Part shown: positions 18,078 to 25,718 of the stretch, piece by piece | Numbering within the stretch: the stretch's first letter is position 1 | Layout: each line of letters opens with the position of its first letter | Assembly: GCA_041599135.1 (NCBI GenBank) | Contig: JBFHXD010000003.1 | Location: forward strand, 1 to 49,701 | Direction of reading: 5' to 3' | Source: Candidatus Methylomirabilales bacterium | GTDB taxonomy: Bacteria > Methylomirabilota > Methylomirabilia > Methylomirabilales > CSP1-5 | DNA length: 49,701 bases | Made by a program: the position numbers and the translations under genes | Notes under the pieces: generated by a model | Told to the model about the DNA's origin: nothing | Databases searched by the model: none | Seen by the model: only the letters and a program-made list of their open reading frames with translations

Positions 18078-19028
18078 ATGGATCGTCAAATCTTCGAGTT
18101 GAATACGGCAATCTCCAACATGAAAGATCTGATGGCCTCGGATTTGAGTCCGTATGATGCGGTCTACCTGGGGAATCTCTACTGCCGGGATTACGAGGCC
18201 AACTTTTTGGAGAAGCTGGACGATCTCCGGGCGGGGATCCGCCACTGCCGAGAGGCAGGTTCCAAGGTATATCTCACGACCTATGCGGCCCCCCGCAACT
18301 ATTTTCTCCCGCAAATCCGCAAGGCAATCGCCGTGGCAGCAGAGGAGGGGGTGGACGCCGTTGAAGCGCACAACCTCGGGGTCGTGCGGATCCTCCGGAA
18401 CGAGTTTCCCGCACTTTCGATCCACATCGGCGGGTTTGCGAATGTCTATACCGATACAGGGGCATTGGTCCTCCGAGACTACGGGGGGACCCGGGTGACT
18501 CCCAACTACGAACTCTCTCTGGAGGAGATCGAAGGGATGGCCCACAGCACTACTCTTCCCCTTGAGATTTTGGTCCACGGCAAGATGCCTTTAGGGATCT
18601 CCGACTATTGCTTCCTGCTGGAGTATGAAAAGGCGTGGGGGATGCAGTGTCCGGATCTCTGTCAGCAGGACTTGTTTCTCCGTCAAGGGGATTGGGCGAT
18701 GAAGTCAACGGGGAAGGGAATCCTGAGCGGCCGGGATGTCTGTATGCTCGAGTATTTGCCCCGTCTGGTGGCGGGTGGGTTTCGCTTCTTCAGAATCGAG
18801 GCAGTTTCGGAGGATCCTGCTTACCGCCGTGACATTGGAATGGTTTACAAGGAAGCCCTTGAACACGCCTTTAGCGGTGCATACGAGATTCACGAGGCGT
18901 GGTGGGAAAAAATCCAGACCCACGCAAAGGTGGGGCTGTGTAATGGCTTTTATTTCGGTCAATCGGGACAGCTTTACATCGGCAGTCAGCCGCCAGCTGT
19001 CAGCCATCAGCTAAGAGTCATAAGCTGA
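18078..19028 (+). CDS. Peptidase U32-family Fe-S protein, UbiV-like
   Basis: VYLGNLYC near the N-terminus; HGKMPLGISDYC-X12-C-X3-C, the UbiV-type Cys spacing; FRIE. Confidence 0.85.
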   Translation: MDRQIFELNTAISNMKDLMASDLSPYDAVYLGNLYCRDYEANFLEKLDDLRAGIRHCREAGSKVYLTTYAAPRNYFLPQIRKAIAVAAEEGVDAVEAHNLGVVRILRNEFPALSIHIGGFANVYTDTGALVLRDYGGTRVTPNYELSLEEIEGMAHSTTLPLEILVHGKMPLGISDYCFLLEYEKAWGMQCPDLCQQDLFLRQGDWAMKSTGKGILSGRDVCMLEYLPRLVAGGFRFFRIEAVSEDPAYRRDIGMVYKEALEHAFSGAYEIHEAWWEKIQTHAKVGLCNGFYFGQSGQLYIGSQPPAVSHQLRVIS

Positions 19029-19054
19029 CCGCTGATAGCCGACTGCTGACAGCT
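18982..19054. repeat. Palindromic heptamer element (CAGCNNT/GCTGANN family)
   Basis: GCAGTCAGCCGCCAGCTGTCAGCCATCAGCT ... AGCTGACCGCTGATAGCCGACTGCTGACAGCT; overlaps the 3' end of the UbiV-like gene. Confidence 0.8.
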
Positions 19055-19074
19055 TGATCAGAAGGGAGGAGACG

Positions 19075-20043
19075 ATGGTCGAACTACTCGTGCCGGCGGG
19101 CAGCATTGAAATGGTCAAGGCGGCCGTGGACAACGGGGCGAATGCCCTGTATGTAGGCCCGAAGGGGTGGAGCCGGAGGCGCGATGCCTACGAACTCGAC
19201 GATGAAACCCTTCGAGAAGCGGTCCGGATCGCCCATGCGCGTGGGGTGAAGGTTCGCGCAGCCATCAATACCCATCCCACGTCTTCGGAGCTCTCCACGC
19301 TGCTCAAACGGATGGAGACTTGGGTGGGCAATGGCATTGACGGAGTGATCCTGAGCGATGTGGGGGTGATGGCGGCGGTCCACCGCGCCTTTCCCGCCCT
19401 GACCATCCACGCCAGCATCGGGGCCAACATCCTGAACGACGAGGATATCCGCTGGTATCGCGAGATCGGGGTCAGTCAGGTGGTCGCCGATACCAAGCTC
19501 TCGCTCAAAGAGCTCAGGGCGCGCCGCGAGATCGAGGTGGGGGTCGAGGTATTGATCCACGCCAACAAGTGCTATACCTATCTGGGCAAGTGCTGGATGT
19601 CACCTTACCATCGCCTCGAGCGGAGCCAAGATGAAACCGGCAAAGACCAGTTCAAGGGGAGTCCGAATCGCGGCGGCCTGGATTACCGTGTCTGTCTCGA
19701 GGCCTGGAGCCTCTGGCGAGGAAATCAGGACTTATGGGCGGACCGGGTAAGCCTCAAGAATGATGCCTTCTTCCTCCTCGACGACATTCCCCACCTGATC
19801 GACATGGGGGTCCACACCCTCAAGGTCCAGGGGCGGGAGTACGCCCTCGACCTCATCGGCCGGATGGTGAAATTCTACCGGGACCTCGTCGATGCTTACA
19901 CGGCGGATCCTCAGGCGTTTGACCTGCGTCTCTGGACAGTGCGACTGGCCGAGATTCAGGCTCAGCGGGACCTGGAGCGGGCCAAGGGGACGCTTCATCT
20001 CTTTGAGGAAGCCAGGCAGCCGGTCCATGGGTGCGTCCGATAA
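19075..20043 (+). CDS. Peptidase U32-family Fe-S protein, UbiU/TrhP-like (paralogue 2)
   Basis: Start re-called at ATG 19075 (GGAGGAG RBS); ELLVPAGS, GANALYVG, C-X6-C (CYTYLGKC), NRGGLDYRVC, LKVQGR. Confidence 0.9.
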   Translation: MVELLVPAGSIEMVKAAVDNGANALYVGPKGWSRRRDAYELDDETLREAVRIAHARGVKVRAAINTHPTSSELSTLLKRMETWVGNGIDGVILSDVGVMAAVHRAFPALTIHASIGANILNDEDIRWYREIGVSQVVADTKLSLKELRARREIEVGVEVLIHANKCYTYLGKCWMSPYHRLERSQDETGKDQFKGSPNRGGLDYRVCLEAWSLWRGNQDLWADRVSLKNDAFFLLDDIPHLIDMGVHTLKVQGREYALDLIGRMVKFYRDLVDAYTADPQAFDLRLWTVRLAEIQAQRDLERAKGTLHLFEEARQPVHGCVR

Positions 20044-20047
20044 ATAC

Positions 20048-20085
20048 GGTACAGAAGGTACAGAGGAGTGTAGAGGGTGTAGGAG
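20048..20085 (+). repeat. Nonamer repeat run (GGTACAGAA-like)
   Basis: GGTACAGAA GGTACAGAG GAGTGTAGAG GGTGTAGGAG. Confidence 0.55.
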
Positions 20086-20094
20086 GGGATAGGG

Positions 20095-20337
20095 GTGTGC
20101 AAGCGGTGCGGCAACACGGACGCCGGCCAGTTTGAGCGGCTGGATGGCTTCGAGCGGATCGCGCTAGCCGATGACCCCGCGGATCCCAACTGCGGTCATT
20201 ATTACGTGGAGACCGTCTACGTCATGCGTTGCCCCGCATGTGATCATCGGCAGGAGGCGGTCACCAAGCGCTGGCCGTTTCAGACACTACGCGAGGCCGC
20301 AAAAGAGATGGAGAGCCATATCATCGGCAAAGGGTAG
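20095..20337 (+). CDS. Small Zn-finger protein (CxxC...CxxC)
   Basis: CKRC and CPAC pairs plus a CGH; follows the U32 genes. Confidence 0.72.
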   Translation: MCKRCGNTDAGQFERLDGFERIALADDPADPNCGHYYVETVYVMRCPACDHRQEAVTKRWPFQTLREAAKEMESHIIGKG

Positions 20338-20340
20338 GCG

Positions 20341-20403
20341 CAGGCAGGTACAGCAGGTACAGCAGGTACAGCAGGTACAGAGAGGTCAGAAGGTGCAGAG
20401 GTG
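20341..20403 (+). repeat. Nonamer tandem repeat CAGGTACAG x4
   Basis: CAGGTACAG CAGGTACAG CAGGTACAG CAGGTACAG, then degenerate copies. Confidence 0.8.
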
Positions 20404-20404
20404 T

Positions 20405-20884
20405 TTAGCGCCGCCATTTGGTGAGGCGGCGGGCGGTCTTGTCTCCCCACAGGAGGGTGAAGAGCGCGTGACGGGCGGTCTTGCGAACCCGCTCGTAGTG
20501 CCGACAAACGCCGTTGGCAAAGTGGGTCCGCGTTCCGTTCTCGCGGCAGAGGAGGACGCGGCCGGAGACCGCATTGTGGCGGAGGCCCAAAGGAGCGACG
20601 TTGAGCACGGTGACATCCACCGGGAGTTGGAGCGCCCGGCTCAGATCTTTCGCGAGGGTCGCCTGGTATTGCAGAGAGGCTCCTCGGGTAAGGCGACCAT
20701 TATTGAGGTAGACCGCGACGTCGATGTCGCGGAATCTGTTTCCGTTGATGAAAGAGCCGTGGAGATAGGCAAAGAGGACCTCCTCGCGGAACGCCAGAAG
20801 GTCATGGAGGGCAGAGGTGACGCGAGCCTTCTCACGAGATGTCAATCGATACCTGCGGTACACGGCTTCGCACCCCAAAATCAA
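20405..20884 (-). CDS. Minimal nucleotidyltransferase (MntA/polbeta-like)
   Basis: FAYLHGSF...RDIDVAVY (GS..DxD) and PVDV.VLN.AP; true start may be GTG 20863. Confidence 0.85.
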   Translation of the reverse strand: MILGCEAVYRRYRLTSREKARVTSALHDLLAFREEVLFAYLHGSFINGNRFRDIDVAVYLNNGRLTRGASLQYQATLAKDLSRALQLPVDVTVLNVAPLGLRHNAVSGRVLLCRENGTRTHFANGVCRHYERVRKTARHALFTLLWGDKTARRLTKWRR

Positions 20885-20972
20885 TGACGGTTCTGACCAC
20901 CTCTTAGTTCCTCTCTGTAGCGACTGCCAGCCGCCACCGTTGTCCGAACTTTAGAACAAAAGCCTGTCAGAA

Positions 20973-21338
20973 TCAAGCCGAGGAATCCTCATAGATGACC
21001 CATGCGCCTGGCCCCGTTGCATGCACCTCCGCGCTCAGCATCTCGTGGGCTCCCATCTCCAGCCTGACAAAATATGAGGTTTTTGCCTCGTCGAGGCCCT
21101 GAGGGAGCAGATAGTGAACCTGCACCGTGTGGTCAGGAAATTCAGCCGCCACCATGCCGGCCCAGTCGAGATCGGGGCTGTACATTCCGGCCTCATCGAG
21201 CCCACCCACGTTGGTCTCGAGACTCATGGTGTTCGGGGAAAGCGTTTTCAATTTTTCTCTCAGCCACTCACCCAAGGAGGAACTAATCCCTCCCTGAAGG
21301 GCCGGTTCCGTGATGGAATATTCTCCCCAGATTTTCAT
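20973..21338 (-). CDS. Hypothetical protein
   Basis: Start re-called at ATG 21338 (MKIWGEY); co-oriented with the cluster; no recognised motif. Confidence 0.55.
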   Translation of the reverse strand: MKIWGEYSITEPALQGGISSSLGEWLREKLKTLSPNTMSLETNVGGLDEAGMYSPDLDWAGMVAAEFPDHTVQVHYLLPQGLDEAKTSYFVRLEMGAHEMLSAEVHATGPGAWVIYEDSSA

Positions 21339-21366
21339 CGGTCTATGACCCTCGGAACATTGCAAT

Positions 21367-22410
21367 TTACCGGTCGCCAGGCTCTTGCCCCCAGCTTTCG
21401 GCTTGTACATCCCGCTCCATGGACATCCGCTGGCGGACCCGGCGGAAGGTTAGCATGTCACGCTTCAGATCCGGGCTTCCCATTTGCTTGTCGAGCGAGA
21501 TGACTTCTTCGAGCAGGCTGAGGGCCTTTCGATACTCTCCCTTTTCCTCGTGGACGATTGCCAGATTATGCATGAGCACGGTGATGCGGAGAAGGTCATC
21601 CCGTTCCCGCAGGATCTGAATGCCGCGCTCGTACGTTTCTTTTGCCCCCTCGAGGTTCCCCATCTCCTTGCGGACGAGCCCGAGGCTGTTCAAGATCGTG
21701 GCACACCCTAAGGCATCCCCCAATGCTTCGTGGAGGGCATAGCTTCTTTGATAGTATTCGGCAGCCTCCTGCTGCTCCCCCTGTTGATGGTGCACCCGGC
21801 CCATGTTGGCCAGGGTGATCGAGAGACCTCGGGTGTCGCCGAGATCTTCCTGAATGGCCCGACTCTGGCCATAGGCCTCGAGGGCGTCTTCCCATTTCTC
21901 CATTTTGGCCCAGAGGGTGCCGATATTGTTCCAGGTCAGACCGAGACCTACGTTATCGCCGAGTTCCTCTTTGACCTTCATACTCTCTTGGTAGCAGTGA
22001 AGGGCCTGTTCCCACTCCCCCTTCACTTCGTGGGTATTCCCCATCTTCCCAAGGGTGGCGGCGAGCCCGGCACGGTCTCCGAGTTCCTCCTGAAGACGCC
22101 GAGCTCGGTCCAGGGACTCCAACGCCCGATCCCAGGCGCCCTGCTGAGGCAAGAGATGGCCCATGAGGGCGGAAACAGAAGCTTCGCCCGGCTTATCCCC
22201 GAGATCCTCGAAGAATTTGAGGCTTTGTTCAAAATAAGCAAGGGCTTCCCGATGCTTTCCCTGTGTCTGATAAAAAGTCCCGATCTTGGCCAAGGCCCAG
22301 CCTGCCCCTGAGGCATTTCCCTCGGCACGACACTTGTCGAACTCTTCCAGGAGCCCGGGAAGGTTGACCCGTCCCTGGTCCTCTGCCGTTTGGCGATCTC
22401 CCTGGCCCAT
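21367..22410 (-). CDS. TPR-repeat protein (about 40-aa MalT-like repeats)
   Basis: Start re-called at ATG 22410; repeated 'EELGD..GLA.TL..MG..H...GEW..AL..Y..S' units. Confidence 0.88.
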   Translation of the reverse strand: MGQGDRQTAEDQGRVNLPGLLEEFDKCRAEGNASGAGWALAKIGTFYQTQGKHREALAYFEQSLKFFEDLGDKPGEASVSALMGHLLPQQGAWDRALESLDRARRLQEELGDRAGLAATLGKMGNTHEVKGEWEQALHCYQESMKVKEELGDNVGLGLTWNNIGTLWAKMEKWEDALEAYGQSRAIQEDLGDTRGLSITLANMGRVHHQQGEQQEAAEYYQRSYALHEALGDALGCATILNSLGLVRKEMGNLEGAKETYERGIQILRERDDLLRITVLMHNLAIVHEEKGEYRKALSLLEEVISLDKQMGSPDLKRDMLTFRRVRQRMSMERDVQAESWGQEPGDR

Positions 22411-22420
22411 GTGGTTCCCC

Positions 22421-22630
22421 TTATGCTCCCCCGGCTTGTGGTCTCTTGAAGATGATGAGAGCCCCCACTGTTCCATAGGCGATGCCATCTTTGTTGGGGG
22501 CAATCAGAGGGACTGCCGAAACCATTTCCCATCCTTCCTGACCCAGGTGGTTCAACCAATCCAGTCCGCTGACCAATCCGTCTGAAGTTTCCTTAAACAT
22601 CACCATGCGGTCCTGATATTCCCAACGCAT
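22421..22630 (-). CDS. DUF4177-like small protein
   Basis: MRWEY...LNHLGQEGWEMVS...FKRP pattern; GGAGG RBS. Confidence 0.8.
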   Translation of the reverse strand: MRWEYQDRMVMFKETSDGLVSGLDWLNHLGQEGWEMVSAVPLIAPNKDGIAYGTVGALIIFKRPQAGGA

Positions 22631-22670
22631 TTATGAATCCTCCATTGGTGGTGTTGTATGCCGAGGCGGT

Positions 22671-24023
22671 TTAGTGCTCTGCCTCGGGATCGAGGAAGGC
22701 GTCCGGAAGACTGAGGATCTTTGCGATGTCCTTCCGAATTTCTTGGAGGAGGGCATGCCGGTCCTCCGGACGCGCGTTCTCGACCTCGAGCATGCGTACG
22801 GTGACGACCCGATTCAGTTCCTGCAAACCTTCCTGGTTCGGTGCCTTGCTGAACTGCTGGACGATTTTTTCCTGCAAGGCTTGGTAGAAGGGTTCATTCA
22901 GGAAGGCCATCTGCGCAGTGGGATCATGGAGCATCTGGTATTGATAACTCATGAAGATCCGGGTGATGTGACGGGCCATCTGGGACACATCCATCGCGGC
23001 GTTGTCCTCCTCGAGCAACCGAAGTTTCTCTTCTTGAGGCATGAGGTTCCACACCGCTGATGAGACACCCTCCCGGGTGACCATGCTGCCTGACCGGTAT
23101 CGATTAGTAAAACTGAGGATCGTCCGGCCACCCAGCTTCTCGGCGAAACGTCCCACGAGGTCTCTCAGCTCCGCATCGGGGATCTCGTAAAAGGAGGGGT
23201 AGCGATCCTTGAGGGGCGCAAGCTCACGGCGCATCTCCTCGGTTCTCATCAGCTCGGTCAGGGCCTTGACAGAGAACTGGAGCTCCTCGCGGGCCATCCC
23301 TTCAGTATCCGGGGGCGGTGTCGCCTCCGGCTCTTCTTTTCCGATGCGCCTCATGGCGTTGTCAAAGAGGCTTTCCAGCGGCTTGTCAAAGGCGATGGTT
23401 TGGGCAATGTCCTCGCGGATGCCCCGCAAGATCTCTTCAGCAGCTCGGGCCGGGGCATGTTCCAGCTGCTGGGTCTTGGGCAAGATTCTTTCTTTCAGCG
23501 CGTGAAGGTCCTCGGAGGGTATGCTGACGAGGGCCACTTGGACCTCAAAGTAGCTGGGGAACTCGATGGCTGCCAGGGGAAGGCTCAGGTCGTAATACAG
23601 GTCGTAGCTTCCGCAGTAGAGGAGCCGGGCCAGCTCCCGCCGGAGCTGCGGCAGGGCCAGGCCTGCTTCGTCGGAGGCCAACATGTACCACTTCTCTGCA
23701 CAGGACATGTTCTGAAGCTCCTCTTCGGTAAGCGCATTGAGGCCTGAGCCTTCTACGGCAGCCTTGAAGTCCAGGTCTGCGAGGGCGAGTTCGGTGTACT
23801 GGGGAACGAAAGCGGTGACAAACGCTTGCATCCGCTCGAGGGGGAGGTACTCACTATAGCTTTCCAAACACACCGCCCGGCTGGTCTCATCCAAGCAGTC
23901 CGTGAAGACGCGCACGGTCCACCGGAGTTGGTCATCGGTCATCTCTTGAATCTTGGAGAGGAGTTCCTGTTCCCTGGTGCGGATGTATCGCCGCATCTGT
24001 TCGATACGAGGTCCCTTATCCAT
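22671..24023 (-). CDS. Hypothetical all-helical protein made of two duplicated domains of about 210 aa
   Basis: 450-aa ORF overlapping the upstream gene end; self-similar halves (see findings). Confidence 0.8.
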   Translation of the reverse strand: MDKGPRIEQMRRYIRTREQELLSKIQEMTDDQLRWTVRVFTDCLDETSRAVCLESYSEYLPLERMQAFVTAFVPQYTELALADLDFKAAVEGSGLNALTEEELQNMSCAEKWYMLASDEAGLALPQLRRELARLLYCGSYDLYYDLSLPLAAIEFPSYFEVQVALVSIPSEDLHALKERILPKTQQLEHAPARAAEEILRGIREDIAQTIAFDKPLESLFDNAMRRIGKEEPEATPPPDTEGMAREELQFSVKALTELMRTEEMRRELAPLKDRYPSFYEIPDAELRDLVGRFAEKLGGRTILSFTNRYRSGSMVTREGVSSAVWNLMPQEEKLRLLEEDNAAMDVSQMARHITRIFMSYQYQMLHDPTAQMAFLNEPFYQALQEKIVQQFSKAPNQEGLQELNRVVTVRMLEVENARPEDRHALLQEIRKDIAKILSLPDAFLDPEAEH

Positions 24024-24375
24024 CCCGCAGCTCCTGCCCCTCGACAGCCTTCACCAAACCCTCGATGATTTCATCTCGGTGATCTGCTCGGACATGCCAA
24101 AAGGCGTTCACCGGAATCTCGTCTTCGCTGTCCATCAGTTCGCCAATATTGATCGGCTGGGGTCCGCTCGCCGGCTGTCCCAGGAAATCGGCAAAATAAT
24201 CGATCAAGGCAAACGACACTCCACGAAGCGAGTGGACGTCAACTGTCCCATGGTCCGGTCCGATGAAGAGAAAGAATTCCACCTCCTCATGGCTTCCTTC
24301 GCGGGAGGCCTGTCCCTCTATGAGGAGACCCCGCGCTCCCCTTTCCTTCTTCGCGAGTCGAAAGCGCCAATCCAT
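24016..24375 (-). CDS. Hypothetical protein
   Basis: Start at ATG 24375 (MDWRFRL); 8-nt overlap with the next gene. Confidence 0.7.
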   Translation of the reverse strand: MDWRFRLAKKERGARGLLIEGQASREGSHEEVEFFLFIGPDHGTVDVHSLRGVSFALIDYFADFLGQPASGPQPINIGELMDSEDEIPVNAFWHVRADHRDEIIEGLVKAVEGQELRDG

Positions 24376-24383
24376 GGTCAAGA

Positions 24384-24477
24384 AGCAGTCAGCAGTCCGC
24401 TGTCAGCCGTCAGCAAAGAAGTTAGAGCCACGCATGGACAGCCAAAGCTGATTGCTGACCGCTGATCGCTGACAGCT
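24384..24477. repeat. Palindromic heptamer element (CAGCNNT/GCTGANN family)
   Basis: AGCAGTCAGCAGTCCGCTGTCAGCCGTCAGC ... GCTGATTGCTGACCGCTGATCGCTGACAGCT. Confidence 0.8.
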
Positions 24478-24484
24478 GTTGTCA

Positions 24485-24817
24485 CTAGATGCTCCAAGGA
24501 CACCATGCCCCCCACCCGAAGGTCTGGTACTCTTCCTCTCCCATCCACTCCGCAAGGTGGGTACGATGCTCTGCGACAAGTTGGAATCCCTGATCGAACT
24601 CGACAGTCACGATGTGGCGGTCTTCGAGGCAACAGTACCGGATCGCATAGGTCTTCTCAGGCAAGGCGCAGGCGTCAATGGGCCGAGTATCGTCGAACGC
24701 GTGACCGAGGATGTGCAGAAGCTCGTAGAGGTCATAGGACCGTCCATTAATGTTCAGTTCGAAACTCCCCGTCCCCAGTTCCCCATATCGCGTCTCGATC
24801 GTCTCCCTGTTGATCAT
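24485..24817 (-). CDS. Hypothetical protein
   Basis: AAAGGAG RBS; 110 aa, co-oriented with the cluster. Confidence 0.7.
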   Translation of the reverse strand: MINRETIETRYGELGTGSFELNINGRSYDLYELLHILGHAFDDTRPIDACALPEKTYAIRYCCLEDRHIVTVEFDQGFQLVAEHRTHLAEWMGEEEYQTFGWGAWCPWSI

Positions 24818-24854
24818 CCTTCGCCACTCCTTTTCCGTGTGGATTCCGTCAACA

Positions 24855-25685
24855 TTATTGGTCCTCCCTGATCCGGTACATCAAGTCGGCGAGATCGGAG
24901 GCGCCCCGTAAGGGTTTGACGCTGGCATGCCTCACGTCCATTAGGCGATCCATCACCTGCCTGGAAGTGCAGCCTGCCGGCTCCCACCTGATTTGAAGGG
25001 GAAAAAGGGGATCGGCCTTCGAGGCCTCCTCCCATGCCTCAAGCGAGGAAATCCGGGGATCGAGGTTCCTGGCCCGCTCGAACCCGTTGGACTCAATGTC
25101 AAGGTTAAAGCCGGTCTCCCAAAAGAAATTGAGCAGGGTGTCCACTTGTTCCGCCAGGGGAAGGGTCTCCAGGTCCTCGGGATGACCACGTAAGCATGCC
25201 CGACAATTGGAGGTCAAGACAGGATCTACCTGAACATTGTAAAGATTGGGGATATAAAGCGCATCATCAGGAGATTGCAGGGGCGCATTCCGGAAATACA
25301 CGCGCATCTCTTCTAAGCCTCCTGCATAAGCCTCATCCCCTTCGATGGTATAAAAAATACAGATGTGAATCGTGTAAGGAAAAGCCAGCCAGTGTGATGT
25401 ATATGCCCCCCCTTTCTCCATTTTGGCGGGGCTCCAGGTGACTCGTCGCACCTCGGGCGGGAGTTCCACCACGAGGCCTGTGGAAGCCCCGCGCACGGCG
25501 ACATACCTGGTCCCGGCAGGAAGGAAGAGCGTGCAGTCCCGCTGGGAGGAATCCATGGACGTGACAATACTTCCCAGGAAGTCCCGGAAAGCGACCTGTC
25601 GTAGCGGGGCTCGCTGCCCACCTTTCTCTTCTCCCATCAGCCGGGCCTTCTCGCCAACGATCTCGATGATGTCGTCCATGATCAT
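24855..25685 (-). CDS. Prokaryotic E2-like protein (Prok-E2 family D / PRTRC protein B-like), paralogue 2
   Basis: LAFPY, MRVYFRNAPL, PNLYNVQ...CRACLRG, FFWETGFNLD; clear paralogue of 28353-29144. Confidence 0.65.
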   Translation of the reverse strand: MIMDDIIEIVGEKARLMGEEKGGQRAPLRQVAFRDFLGSIVTSMDSSQRDCTLFLPAGTRYVAVRGASTGLVVELPPEVRRVTWSPAKMEKGGAYTSHWLAFPYTIHICIFYTIEGDEAYAGGLEEMRVYFRNAPLQSPDDALYIPNLYNVQVDPVLTSNCRACLRGHPEDLETLPLAEQVDTLLNFFWETGFNLDIESNGFERARNLDPRISSLEAWEEASKADPLFPLQIRWEPAGCTSRQVMDRLMDVRHASVKPLRGASDLADLMYRIREDQ

Positions 25686-25718
25686 CCCGTAGTCTCCGGG
25701 GACAACAACAGGGTCGCG

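Noticed and set aside
20171-20887. 238-aa plus-strand ORF with a QVQQVQQ repeat
   Set aside because: Translation of the nonamer DNA repeat plus the antisense of the nucleotidyltransferase.
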